DNA of 64,000 nt from Gammaproteobacteria bacterium (GCA_965215365.1 CBDCDS010000003.1:992001-1056000); one strand, 5' to 3'. Counted from the first letter of the stretch, positions 20,480 to 30,700 are shown. Notes: generated from the sequence alone by a model not told the origin. Program-made: numbers and translations.

Positions 20480-21170
20480 TCACGCCGCCCAGTCAACAAT
20501 CATCAGGTTGCGATCAAGGGCTTTGAGGGCGTTTTCAATCTGGCCGATTTCAGAGCGGTGGTCCGGGTCAAGCAGTTTGCGCACTGCGCCTGCGCTCAAG
20601 CCCAGTGTTCGGGCAAGCGCGGTTGTGGTTATATCCTGTTTGCGCATGGCTGTGTACAGCGCTAGTACTCTTTCCATTTAATTCTGACCGGTTCAGAGCT
20701 AACCAGCGCCGCCAGGACAAGGCGCAGCCCGCAGGGAATGGCGCGCCCTTGCCAAGGGCTGTAACGCCGTATTGGCGGCGCTGGTTAGCTCCCTGCGGGC
20801 GGGCCGGGAAGCGGTCGCTCGCGGCGTTACACCGCTTGGCAAGGGCGCGCCATTCCCTGCGCGGCGTGCCTTGCGTTCAACCGCTTCCCGACCCGCTGAA
20901 CCGGTCAGAATTAAATGGAAAGAGTACTAGTTTGGCTGCAACAATCAGCGGCAAGGTGACAAGTTCCTGACCATCGACCGCAGCGCTGGGTTCCGGTATC
21001 CCTTCGCGCGCGTAAACGTATGCGCACAAGGCTGCCACCAGAGCGTCAGTAGCCTGCTCCAGCGCATCACGCCGATCACTCCCGCAGGTAAGGGCTGCGG
21101 GGATATCGGGAAAAGAAACGGAAACGCCGTCTTCTTCCGGTTTTAACATGCATGGGTAGGCGTATTGCAT
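20480..21170 (-). pseudogene. hicB: HicB antitoxin interrupted by MITE family C
   Basis: N-terminal VSFPDIPAALTCG..A; C-terminal HTH ALARTLG..RKLLDPDH. Removing the MITE and one CTAG restores AAK-LALYTAM in frame. Confidence 0.9.
20666..20926. mobile_element. MITE family C (261 bp)
   Basis: Perfect 31-bp TIR TACTCTTTCCATTTAATTCTGACCGGTTCAG; CTAG duplicated at 20662-65 and 20927-30. Confidence 0.93.
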
Positions 21171-21480
21171 CAAAATTCTTCCTTTGCAATATCAAGGGCG
21201 CCTCTAAAAATTAGAGGCACCCGTGCAGCATAAGGATATGCTGCCAGTAACAGCAAGCACGTAAGTGCTTGAAAATGAAGGAAACGGAAAATCGCACTTT
21301 TCCGTTTCCGTCTCTGCTTATGTGCCACGGAGGGCATTTTTAGAGGTTGCCTCAAGTTGCTTCAACATATTACGAAAGGTATCTGTTGCCAGTTCACCAT
21401 ATTTGACCGCTGTGCGTTGATCGCCGACATAAAGTATGCCGTGACTGCCCTTGCCGGAACGGGGATTATATCGATATAGC
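21170..21480 (-). pseudogene. hicA: HicA toxin interrupted by MITE family B and 5'-truncated
   Basis: GKGSHGILY..TAV..GEL...FRNMLKQL; removing the MITE restores KQL-DIAKEEF*, whose stop overlaps the hicB start. Confidence 0.85.
21196..21351. mobile_element. MITE family B, diverged 156-bp copy in reverse orientation
   Basis: GGGCGCCTCT...AGAGGTTGCC ends; TCAA duplication (21192-95 / 21352-55). Confidence 0.88.
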
Positions 21481-21539
21481 CTGCTACTCCCAATGCGGTT
21501 TTTCCAGATCGGCGGGTACATCTATCTGACGCTTGTCCG

Positions 21540-22841
21540 TCATGGTTTTTTCCTGGCGCTCTGTCCGTTCATCACGATACACAGAGTTGCCCCGATTGCG
21601 GCGGCGGCGGGGGCGAAAGCCATTGCACAAACAAGCCAGAGTTGACTTGCTTCGGGCATCGGCTCGCCGGACGTGTAGCCGATAAGGCCAAGTATCCATC
21701 CCAGTAACCATCCCCCCAGACCCAGGCCGATCTTGGATGAAAAGGTAAAGATACCAAATGCAATCAAATCATTGGATCCAGGCGCTGAAGCATTCTGGAG
21801 ACTGTCTGCAAGCATGGTCCAGACCAGAACCCCCATGGCGCTCGTGGTCGAGGCTAAGAGCGCGGTTCCGACGGTGGCATGCGCCATACTGTTTGTCGAT
21901 GTCAAAACAAAATACGCACCCGACGCGAGCACCAGAGCCGTAATGCCCAGAAGTGCCTGCCGACGGGGAAAACGCACCAAAGTGATCACGACCGGCTGGC
22001 TGAGCAGAGTCGCAATCGCGATAGTCGATAGCAGTGACCCCGTTATCCTCACATCGTTAAGAGCGTAAGCTGTAAAAAAAGGCAGCAGTTTTCCGAAGAG
22101 CGGCCACCCAATCGACAGAAAAAAGATTGCGATAAAAAGGCTTCTTAAGTCTCGTTTTCTGATGGTATCGATAAAGGCGCTCCTGAACGAGCCAGGTGCG
22201 CTCTCGCCCCGTTCTGCATCGACAACATCACGCGCCAAAAGATACAAAATTACGGATGTGGCAACGGCAACGACGACAAACGTTAGCGCAGTGGCGGTAA
22301 AACCTTGGGCCTGTTGCGCCAGATCTGCATCACTTAGAACCAGAGTAGCGGCAAACGCAACCGTAAGCGTTGCAAGCGCGCTCAATGCGGTGCGAATCGA
22401 CGAGAGTATTAAACGCTCGTCATCGCTATTCGCCAAGCGCCGCAGCAAAGTATTTTGCGGGACATCGAATAGAGTGTAAGCCGTGCGAAACAGTATGCCG
22501 ACGACCAAGGCATACGCGGTGAGGCCGGTTACATCGAGAGCCGGCTTGAAAAAAACCAACATGAAAGCGCCCGAGCTTAGGATGGCGCCACACAGTTGAT
22601 AGCCGATCAGATCCCTGGTGGATGCCTGCCGTCTCCCAAAAATCATGCCGATCAAAGGGTCGGTTGTGGCGTCCCACAAAAGAAAAACAAGCAGGAGTAT
22701 TCCAAGCGTAGCTGACGGGATCCGGTAAACTTCAGCCAGATAAAAACCGAATAGCAGTTCTGTCGTGTACCAGAACAGGCTCTTGCCGTAATGGGACGTC
22801 GAATAAGCTGCCTGAGTGAGTCTTTGATTTAATTTTTCCAA
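21540..22841 (-). CDS. MFS transporter, GPH/MelB-like
   Basis: About 12 hydrophobic segments; LWDATTDPLIG, AYTLFDVPQ, FTFSSKIG. Confidence 0.88.
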   Translation of the reverse strand: MEKLNQRLTQAAYSTSHYGKSLFWYTTELLFGFYLAEVYRIPSATLGILLLVFLLWDATTDPLIGMIFGRRQASTRDLIGYQLCGAILSSGAFMLVFFKPALDVTGLTAYALVVGILFRTAYTLFDVPQNTLLRRLANSDDERLILSSIRTALSALATLTVAFAATLVLSDADLAQQAQGFTATALTFVVVAVATSVILYLLARDVVDAERGESAPGSFRSAFIDTIRKRDLRSLFIAIFFLSIGWPLFGKLLPFFTAYALNDVRITGSLLSTIAIATLLSQPVVITLVRFPRRQALLGITALVLASGAYFVLTSTNSMAHATVGTALLASTTSAMGVLVWTMLADSLQNASAPGSNDLIAFGIFTFSSKIGLGLGGWLLGWILGLIGYTSGEPMPEASQLWLVCAMAFAPAAAAIGATLCIVMNGQSARKKP

Positions 22842-23027
22842 GATCTGACATGCCGCTCAGGCTTTACATGGTGGGGCGCCGAGCTATCTGTTTTATTGAT
22901 CGCGTTGCAAAACCCGACTCCTGCGTCAAACGCAGGGCGGCGAGAATTCAAGCCGCGGTTAGGGCAACCGCACACTTTGCAAGTACCGGAGAGGCTCCAT
23001 CATGCATAGCAGAGAGTTGTCATGGCT

Positions 23028-24170
23028 TCAGAATGTAAAATATTTATCCTGGAATGGGGTAAGAGACGCGCCGATGGCAGCTGCGTCCCCTCGGCACTCC
23101 GCAGGGATGATTGTGGCATGTTCACGCTCGACTGCTCTGCGTTTGATGTCAAAGAATTTTATTTTTGGAATAAGCCGTTCAGCAAGGACACTTGGCATAA
23201 AGCCGCCCAGCACAATCGCTTCGGTGTCAAGGACCGCGCTAATGGCCGATACAATTATGGAAAGAGCAGGCCGTGTTTCTTCAATCCAGGTATCGATCCC
23301 TATCCAGGAATCATCGAACTTGGTCACCAGCTCGTTGACGGTCTTTATCTCATTGCCCTCTGCATTGACATACTTTCTCAACAACTCCAGGGTCGGTCGC
23401 TTGTCGAATAACTCCAGCGGCACAATACCAGCGAATTCACCGGCGTTTCCGCGCGCGCCTTGCATCAGATTTCCCTCGATTATCAGGCCGCCACCGATGC
23501 CGGCTGCAAAATAGACGTACGCGAAATTGCTCATCTTGCGCCCGACACCCGTCATGTTTTCCGCTAGTGCGGCAGCGTTGCCGTCATTGCCTGCCCAAAC
23601 AGGTAACCTCAGCTCTGAAGAAAAAAAGTCCTCAAGATCGAGAAGAGCAAATTCTTCCAGCGAAGGTGGCGTGTTGAACGTTGCTCCATTACCAATCCGG
23701 AACCCTGTGGTGGCGACTCCCATACCAAAGATCTGTTGTTGATGGATTCCCGCCTTGGAGGTTAGTGACTGCATAGCTTGTGAAACAGCAGAAACAACCC
23801 CCGTTTTTGTCAGTGCACTGGGTTTCGGTTGCTCATAAGCAACGGTGTTGCCGGCAAAATCTGTCAGATTCAGAGCGATACCGTCGGCCATCAAAGACAG
23901 TCCGAAGGTGTAGGCATAATGCGGGTTCAAACCCAGCATGGAGCTAGGCTGTCCGCGCTGATTTTTCAGTTTCGGGGCGCGCCGTGAAATCAGACCTCTT
24001 GCTTCCAAAGCGGTCGCCATCCGGGAGATGGATTGTTGTGATAGCGGTAGCGCCGCGGTGAGGTCCGCTTGTGTACAAACACCACGGCGGAACAGCTGGC
24101 CCAGCAAAAGCTTTTCGCTTTTCAACACGGTCTGACGTTTCTCGTCGATCATGAAAACCGCCGGAATCAT
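23028..24170 (-). CDS. ROK-family transcriptional regulator
   Basis: N-terminal HTH with RGQP, NDGNAAALAE, GIGGGLI..G..GNAGE. Confidence 0.92.
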   Translation of the reverse strand: MIPAVFMIDEKRQTVLKSEKLLLGQLFRRGVCTQADLTAALPLSQQSISRMATALEARGLISRRAPKLKNQRGQPSSMLGLNPHYAYTFGLSLMADGIALNLTDFAGNTVAYEQPKPSALTKTGVVSAVSQAMQSLTSKAGIHQQQIFGMGVATTGFRIGNGATFNTPPSLEEFALLDLEDFFSSELRLPVWAGNDGNAAALAENMTGVGRKMSNFAYVYFAAGIGGGLIIEGNLMQGARGNAGEFAGIVPLELFDKRPTLELLRKYVNAEGNEIKTVNELVTKFDDSWIGIDTWIEETRPALSIIVSAISAVLDTEAIVLGGFMPSVLAERLIPKIKFFDIKRRAVEREHATIIPAECRGDAAAIGASLTPFQDKYFTF

Positions 24171-24280
24171 TGCGTCGCGTGTCACTTTAATCATCCGATT
24201 ATTTGTTATGGGGTATTTCGATAATAACAAAAAAGTCGCGTAATTTGTTTACTCACCAAGCGTAAAAATTTTCAAAACTG

Positions 24281-24320
24281 TTGACTCTCTTTTATTACTT
24301 ACTTATGGTGAGTAATAAAA
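24281..24320 (+). promoter_or_regulatory. Sigma70-type promoter for the TonB receptor, overlapped by a palindromic operator candidate
   Basis: TTGACT-17 nt-TATGGT; TTTTATTACTTAC-ttatg-GTGAGTAATAAAA. Confidence 0.55.
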
Positions 24321-24376
24321 GTCATTCGTCTGCCAGTGCATCAAATTTTTGTACGATATCTGAAGAGGAAATAAAC

Positions 24377-27037
24377 ATGCTGAAAAATACTACTATTTGC
24401 CTGTTAGTCATCTCGGTCCTCACGCCGCCGGCCAGTTGGGCGCAAGATGCCATAACGGGTGGTGCCGATCAGGTGCAGGATGTGGTCGAAGAAATCGTTG
24501 TCAGAGGGACGCGGCGCCAGCTCAGAGACGCAATCATTGAGAAGCGTGAACTCGACCAAATCTCTGATGTCCTCACGGAGGATGATATGGGCAATCTTCC
24601 CGACTTTAACGCCGCTGAGGCCTTAGCGCGTATCCCCGGTGTTACCGTTGCCAATGACCAGGCCGAGGGACGCTTCGTGACGATTCGCGGCCTGAATTCA
24701 AATTTTAATCAGACGACAGTGGATGGCGTTGAAGTTTCTTCAACGGATGTTGATGGGCGTCGCATCGAGATGGATGTCATTCCGGCTTCGCTAGCCGGTT
24801 CAGTTCAGGTTATAAAGTCATTGACACCGGACATGGACGCAAGCGCGATCGGCGGTACGATTAATTTTGTTTCCCGTTCACCCTTTGATTACGAAGATAA
24901 TTTTTTTGCTGTGACCGGCGCAATCGGCGCCTTCGAAAACGGCAGCGGGTACAATGGCGGTTCGCCAAGTGGTAATGCGGATTTTGTCTGGTCAGACAAA
25001 TTTGGCCCTGGTGAACAGTTCGGTCTGGTTGTTTCGGGCAACTACTACCGGCGTGATTCCTACCTGGGTCGAATCGAACAGGGCGATGAAATCCTGTTTG
25101 CAGATGCTTCCCTTGGAGAAACAATAAGTGCGCGCAGTAATCGAACTGAGCCCTATGGCAGCGATCTCTATATTCCGGAGGAGTGGAAGGCCCTGGATTA
25201 CCATAATCTACGCCAACGATACGGGGGCAGTTTCAAATTTGAATACCGACCGTCCGATCGTATGCGTACCTGGTTACGCGGCTATTTTAACCAAGCCGAT
25301 GACGAAGAAGCGCGTATGGAGACAAAAATGTGGAATCGCGAGCGCAACGCGCGTGTCAGCTACGACACGCCGACCACCGGAACCCTGGAAAATACTGAAT
25401 GGACGACCCAACTCGGACGCTTTGATTTCAAACGGCAAACTTTCGGCATAAAGCTTTCGGGCGATTATTTCATCGGTGATAAATTGCTGCTGGAGCCGAC
25501 GCTCAATTATTCGGGTTCCACTTATGAACAGCCGCAAAAATGGCATCGATTTGTGCAAAGATCAGCGGATTTCAATTTCAATACATCGTCAAGAATCACC
25601 CAGTGGATGCCTGCGTCGGATGATGCCTTTGATGCCAGCCTGTTCGACTACCAAAAGCATGAAATCAATACGGACGAATTGGATGAAGATATTTTTTCCG
25701 CCGGCCTGAACCTCGGTTGGAACAACCGGGCCGATGACATCGGTCTTGGTTTCGGCGCTGGCTTTAAGTACCAGCACAAGGAAAAAACCTACGACTATGA
25801 GCGCACCGAGTACCGGTTTGGGGATGGTCTTACGTTAGCGGACATTGAATGGTCGCGCGGTTGTCCCGATGAAATGCCGAGTTGCGACAGCGATATGTTC
25901 ATAACAATGGATTCCGGATCCATTGATTCTCTTACGGAGGCATTTCTTGATTCGGCCGATACAGACCTGCGTGACAACGAAGACGACGACAATAATCGCG
26001 ATTACAACGCGGTTGAGGAGGTCACAGCGGGTTACCTGCTTATTCGCCACGCCGGTGAGAAACACCTGCTTATCGGTGGCGCTCGGTATGAGGACACCAA
26101 CTTCGATTCAACAGGTCGTCGCGAAGATAAAAATCTGGGAGAATTTGTTCCCACCTCAAACAAAAATAATTATGAGAACTGGCTTGGTTCTGCCACGCTG
26201 CGTTACGACCTGGGCGAGAAACTCGTATTGCGTGCAGCTTTCGCGCAGTCAATTTCCCGTCCGAGGCTTTCAAGGCAAGCGGCGCGAGGTGAAAGTCAAG
26301 ACTTTGACGGATCGGAAATCGTCATTACTCGCGGCAACCCGAATTTACGCCCCCGTGAGGCAAACAATTTTGATCTCGGCGTCGAATGGTATTTTGGAGA
26401 GAGCGCCGGCCTGTTGTCGGTTGCAGTATTTTACAAGATCATTGATAACGAAATTTTTCGTACCACACGTGATGCAGAGATTTTGTTTGATCAGGACGGT
26501 AACGGCACAGAAGAGCTCACGTCTGCCCGTATTCGCGAGTATGTCAATGGCGATGACGCAAAGCTGTTGGGGCTTGAAATTGGTCTGACCAAGGAGCTTG
26601 ACGAGTTCATCCCGGGACTGGGTTTTAACTTCAACGTGACCGTGCTCGACAGCAAATTTGACGTGGAATTGGAAGACGGCGAGAGCCGTTCCCCAAGAAC
26701 TTTCATCCAACAAGCAGACTTTACCGCAAATGGTGTTGTTTACTATCAAAGAGGACGGTTCGAGGCGCGTGCCGCTATCAATCATACCGGACTGAAGTTG
26801 AACAACTTATACGCCGGTAATATCAATGACTCTTATCGCGATCAGTATGATAAGGCGCGCACGCAGGTCGATGCACAGTTACGTTATGACGTAACAAACC
26901 GGTTCAGTCTCTATGCAAACGCAACAAACCTGTTGGGCGCGGAGCAATATGAACTTTTCGGGAGGGCTCAGGAACTCACCCGCTGGGAGTCCGATTTCGG
27001 ACGTTCTTTCTTTGTCGGCGCATCTTTTCGCCGCTGA
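24377..27037 (+). CDS. TonB-dependent receptor
   Basis: Signal peptide, EEIVVRG, NAAEALARIPGV, GRFVTIRGL, GNPNLRP, C-terminal F. Confidence 0.95.
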   Translation: MLKNTTICLLVISVLTPPASWAQDAITGGADQVQDVVEEIVVRGTRRQLRDAIIEKRELDQISDVLTEDDMGNLPDFNAAEALARIPGVTVANDQAEGRFVTIRGLNSNFNQTTVDGVEVSSTDVDGRRIEMDVIPASLAGSVQVIKSLTPDMDASAIGGTINFVSRSPFDYEDNFFAVTGAIGAFENGSGYNGGSPSGNADFVWSDKFGPGEQFGLVVSGNYYRRDSYLGRIEQGDEILFADASLGETISARSNRTEPYGSDLYIPEEWKALDYHNLRQRYGGSFKFEYRPSDRMRTWLRGYFNQADDEEARMETKMWNRERNARVSYDTPTTGTLENTEWTTQLGRFDFKRQTFGIKLSGDYFIGDKLLLEPTLNYSGSTYEQPQKWHRFVQRSADFNFNTSSRITQWMPASDDAFDASLFDYQKHEINTDELDEDIFSAGLNLGWNNRADDIGLGFGAGFKYQHKEKTYDYERTEYRFGDGLTLADIEWSRGCPDEMPSCDSDMFITMDSGSIDSLTEAFLDSADTDLRDNEDDDNNRDYNAVEEVTAGYLLIRHAGEKHLLIGGARYEDTNFDSTGRREDKNLGEFVPTSNKNNYENWLGSATLRYDLGEKLVLRAAFAQSISRPRLSRQAARGESQDFDGSEIVITRGNPNLRPREANNFDLGVEWYFGESAGLLSVAVFYKIIDNEIFRTTRDAEILFDQDGNGTEELTSARIREYVNGDDAKLLGLEIGLTKELDEFIPGLGFNFNVTVLDSKFDVELEDGESRSPRTFIQQADFTANGVVYYQRGRFEARAAINHTGLKLNNLYAGNINDSYRDQYDKARTQVDAQLRYDVTNRFSLYANATNLLGAEQYELFGRAQELTRWESDFGRSFFVGASFRR

Positions 27038-27061
27038 TTGAGCAGGTGTATCGAAGGGACG

Positions 27062-28069
27062 ATGAAATTGCCTCTTTACTTTTCCGCAGAGCCAACGTTT
27101 AGAGGCGCTTTTGTAAGAGGCGCCTGCGTATCAATGGCTCTCATGTTGAGCGCTGCGTACTCAATCACGGTGCAAGGAGTAAACGAGCACACCACTATAG
27201 AGGCAAGTCAAAACCATGATGCCGACACAATTATTTGTTTGACCGATCTTATTTTCCAATCGCTCCGCAACAGACAAACAAAGCGCGTTCTCGTGGCCGC
27301 CCATCGCGGCGTCCATCTTAATGCCCCGGAGAACTCGATCGCGGCAATCAATGCGGCTATTGCGCTGGGCGTTGACATTGTGGAGGTCGATGTGAGGCTC
27401 ACGGCTGACGGTATTCCTGTGTTGATGCACGATCCGGATATTTCGAGGACAACAACCGGCGCTGGACCGGTAGGAACGTTTATCTGGAGTCAGCTGAAGA
27501 CATTCCGCCTGCGCTTCTTAAATCAAATCACGGAGGAGAAAGTGCCCAGTCTGGAAATGGCGCTGGCGGCAGCTGCCGACCGTTTGATCGTGAACCTGGA
27601 CATAAAAACTGATGCTGTAGGGGATATTTTAGCGGTGGTATCGGCATCAAAAGCGTTAACTCGGGTAATTTTCTACAACGCTGATTTGGAAGTCCTTGCA
27701 AGGATTCGAGAGATAAACCCTGATGCCCTGGTGATGCCGCTGGCCCGGTCGGAAGCACAGGCCAGGTTTTATACGGACAGGCTTGACCTGGAAGCGGTTC
27801 ACCTCAGCGATGCATACATCAACCGGCAGCTCTCCCGATTTCTTGACGAACGCGGCGCCGCCGGCTGGGTTAACGCGCTTGGCAGAGTGGACGCACTCAT
27901 TGCGCATGGCAGCAGGAATGCTGCCGACAGCCTGATAAGTAACGGTGCAGATATCATTCAAACGGACCAGCCCGAAAGGCTGCTGGCGATTTTGGCAGCG
28001 AGAAAACTTCGTCCGAATTATTTGGGATTAAACGGAAATATCCCCTGCGGCAGATTGAGAATGGAATGA
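27062..28069 (+). CDS. Glycerophosphodiester phosphodiesterase family protein
   Basis: VAAHRG..APENS, VEVDVRLTADG..VLMHD, NLDIK, IIQTD.P. Confidence 0.92.
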   Translation: MKLPLYFSAEPTFRGAFVRGACVSMALMLSAAYSITVQGVNEHTTIEASQNHDADTIICLTDLIFQSLRNRQTKRVLVAAHRGVHLNAPENSIAAINAAIALGVDIVEVDVRLTADGIPVLMHDPDISRTTTGAGPVGTFIWSQLKTFRLRFLNQITEEKVPSLEMALAAAADRLIVNLDIKTDAVGDILAVVSASKALTRVIFYNADLEVLARIREINPDALVMPLARSEAQARFYTDRLDLEAVHLSDAYINRQLSRFLDERGAAGWVNALGRVDALIAHGSRNAADSLISNGADIIQTDQPERLLAILAARKLRPNYLGLNGNIPCGRLRME

Positions 28070-28134
28070 ATATCATGCAAGACGCGTTGGTTCGGCTGAA
28101 ATATGGCCATTTTTTAGAGGTTCCTGCATCGGCT

Positions 28135-28749
28135 TTACGTTGCCAAATACAACTTTTTCAGTTCGGGCAGGTCGGTGGGTACATCCAGGTCAAACCCGGC
28201 TTCGGGTAGGGGCAGTGTCCTGATGCATTCGGCGTTATTTTTCAGAATCGATTTTGCCCCCGTATCGCCCTCCAGCGCCATGATTTGCGGGTAAAACCGC
28301 GCCGGGATAATGGCCGGCGTGCCTACGGTGCCTGCATAAGCGCTAGCCACGATGGCGGACGGATCGGTATTCCACAGCGCCAGCAGCAGGCGCAGCTGTT
28401 GCTCGGTAACCAATGCCTGATCGCATAACGTAACCAGCACGGCGCCACAATCCGGCTCAACACTGTTCAGCCCCGCCTTGAGAGAGGATGCCAGCCCCTG
28501 TCGCCAATCCTTGTTGAGAACAACCTTTACCGGCAAATCACCGACAGCCTGTGCCACCGCCTCCGAGTCGGCGCCGACGACAACAATGATCCGGTCGGGG
28601 GCGAACAGCCCGCTCAGCCTGTCAACGCCAAGCCGAACCAGACTGCAGCCGTTTACTTCGACCAGTTGTTTACAGCGGCCGTACCTGCTCGACCCACCGG
28701 CAGCCAGAACCATAGAAGCCGGCCCTGCTATCGGACGCTTGTCCGCCAT
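28135..28749 (-). CDS. MocA/MobA-like NTP transferase
   Basis: VLAAGGSSRYGRCKQL, W.QGLASSL, LCDQ, LEGDTGAK, DLDVP.D. Confidence 0.9.
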   Translation of the reverse strand: MADKRPIAGPASMVLAAGGSSRYGRCKQLVEVNGCSLVRLGVDRLSGLFAPDRIIVVVGADSEAVAQAVGDLPVKVVLNKDWRQGLASSLKAGLNSVEPDCGAVLVTLCDQALVTEQQLRLLLALWNTDPSAIVASAYAGTVGTPAIIPARFYPQIMALEGDTGAKSILKNNAECIRTLPLPEAGFDLDVPTDLPELKKLYLAT

Positions 28750-28861
28750 AGTCTTTTCAGGGTTATTACTCAAGTTATTTGCGAGAGAGAAAAACGCATC
28801 CGTTTCTAATTCGTCATTGAAGGAGCTGAGATGAGCGGATTCTTGTTTGGATTGTAACCCC

Positions 28862-28916
28862 TTGAGAGCAATTATGTTGCCTAAGGCAACAAGCGACTGG
28901 GTGAGATATGCGGGTT
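28862..28916. repeat. MITE family A, partial copy
   Basis: ...AACAAGCGACTGGGTGAGATATGCGGGTT matches the right end of 31062-31201. Confidence 0.8.
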
Positions 28917-28936
28917 AGTGGGGTACAATACTGCGT

Positions 28937-29935
28937 ATGCGTGTCCTCGGTATAGAAACTTCCTGCGATGAAACCGGCGTTGCCATCTATGATTCACAGC
29001 TCGGGTTATTGGCAAACCAGCTGCACAGTCAGGCGCGTCTGCATGATGCTTATGGGGGGGTAGTGCCGGAGCTGGCCTCGCGCGACCATGTTCGGCGCAT
29101 CACGCCATTACTGGTCGCAGCCCTGGACGAGGCCGGCCTGCAACGGGGCGATATTGACGGGGTTGCCTATACCGCCGGCCCCGGTTTAATCGGGGCCTTG
29201 CTGGTTGGTGCCGGCTTTGGCAGGAGCCTGGGTTATGCCTGGCGCGTGCCTGCGGTCGCAGTGCACCACATGGAGGCGCATCTGCTGGCGGTAAACCTGG
29301 AGGAAGATCCGCCCGACTACCCGTTCCTGGCCCTGCTGGTCTCCGGCGGGCATACCCAGTTGCTGCAGGTCAGGGCCGCCGGTGACTACACGCTGCTGGG
29401 TGAGTCGCTGGATGACGCAGCCGGTGAGGCGTTCGATAAAACCGCGAAACTGTTGGGGTTGGGCTACCCGGGCGGGCCACAGGTGTCGGCGCTGGCGCAA
29501 CACGGGCGGGCGGGCCGCTACCGCTTGCCGCGGCCGCTGACCGACCGGCCCGGCCTAGATTTCAGCTTCAGCGGGTTAAAGACCGCAGTGGCGCTGGTCG
29601 TAAAAGAACTTGCCGACGGAGATGAACAAGCACGCGCCGACGTGGCTTACGCGTTTGTGGACGCGGTAGTGGATACCCTGGCAATAAAATGTGCACGCGC
29701 TTTCAAGCAAACCGGCATCACCCGGCTGGTGGCCGCCGGTGGCGTCAGTGCCAACAGGCAACTGCGGGAGAAGTTGACAGCCATGGCGGCTGAGCGCGGC
29801 GGGCGCATCTTCTATCCACGCCCGGAGTTCTGCACCGACAACGGCGCCATGATCGCTTATACCGGCTACGTCAAACTCAGCACCGGCGCCAGCCAGCCGC
29901 TGGCTTTTGCCGCCTACCCGCGTTGGTCGCTGTAG
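28937..29935 (+). CDS. tsaD: tRNA threonylcarbamoyladenosine transferase
   Basis: [54 protein letters not shown]. Confidence 0.98.
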   Translation: MRVLGIETSCDETGVAIYDSQLGLLANQLHSQARLHDAYGGVVPELASRDHVRRITPLLVAALDEAGLQRGDIDGVAYTAGPGLIGALLVGAGFGRSLGYAWRVPAVAVHHMEAHLLAVNLEEDPPDYPFLALLVSGGHTQLLQVRAAGDYTLLGESLDDAAGEAFDKTAKLLGLGYPGGPQVSALAQHGRAGRYRLPRPLTDRPGLDFSFSGLKTAVALVVKELADGDEQARADVAYAFVDAVVDTLAIKCARAFKQTGITRLVAAGGVSANRQLREKLTAMAAERGGRIFYPRPEFCTDNGAMIAYTGYVKLSTGASQPLAFAAYPRWSL

Positions 29936-29988
29936 GTTGTTGTTCGTCCCCGGTTCACTATACGCCGGGACCGACTTGCCGGCACCCT

Positions 29989-30582
29989 TCAACGCCCAAG
30001 CCTGATTCTGGTTTCCGTGCCGCGCAACAGATTTTGCATGTTGGAGCGGTGGCGCCAGATGAGGCAGGCGGCCATCACGCCGGTGACCGTGATGTAGGGT
30101 GCGGCGGGGAGTATCAGCCAGCAATAAAGCGGGGTCAGCAGTGCCGCTGTGAGCGCCGCCAGAGAGGCATACCTGAATGCCAGTGCCACCAGCAGCCAGG
30201 TAATAATAAAAGCCGCCCCCAATAGCCAGTTAAAGCCCAGCAGCGCGCCGATCAAGGTGGCCACGCCTTTGCCGCCGCGCAGCTCGAAGAACAGCGGGCA
30301 CAGGTGACCGCCAAAAGCAGCCAGACCGCCCAGCGCGACAATCAGGTCGGGCGCGTGCAGGTAACGCAGCAACAGCACCGGCAGCAGCCCCTTCAATACG
30401 TCGCCGGCCAGAGTCAGCAGCGCGGCGGTTTTGCCGTACAGGCGCAGCACGTTGGTGGCGCCGGGGTTGCCGGAGCCACCCTGCCTCGGGTCGCCCAGTC
30501 CCAGCGCCTTGCACACGAGCACGGCGCTGGCCAGCGAGCCGGCCAGATAGGCGATGATTACCAGCGCAGTATGGATGAGCAT
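29989..30582 (-). CDS. plsY: Glycerol-3-phosphate acyltransferase
   Basis: GSGNPGATNVLR, GGKGVAT, RHRSN. Confidence 0.96.
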   Translation of the reverse strand: MLIHTALVIIAYLAGSLASAVLVCKALGLGDPRQGGSGNPGATNVLRLYGKTAALLTLAGDVLKGLLPVLLLRYLHAPDLIVALGGLAAFGGHLCPLFFELRGGKGVATLIGALLGFNWLLGAAFIITWLLVALAFRYASLAALTAALLTPLYCWLILPAAPYITVTGVMAACLIWRHRSNMQNLLRGTETRIRLGR

Positions 30583-30700
30583 GGGGTCATTATAATGGTA
30601 ACTTCCAGGTTCGTCCTGAAACTCAGCGGTTCCCGGGAGATATTCGGCTTGTATTCCTGGTCTTATCTGCTTTAATCTGGCAACAGCCTGACCAATCACC

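Noticed and set aside
20605-20970. ORFs spanning MITE family C
   Set aside because: Read-through of GC-rich palindromic DNA with no transposase motifs
28780-28860. Possible BrnT-like toxin remnant (RIR/LISA on the minus strand)
   Set aside because: Needs a frameshift and is too short to support
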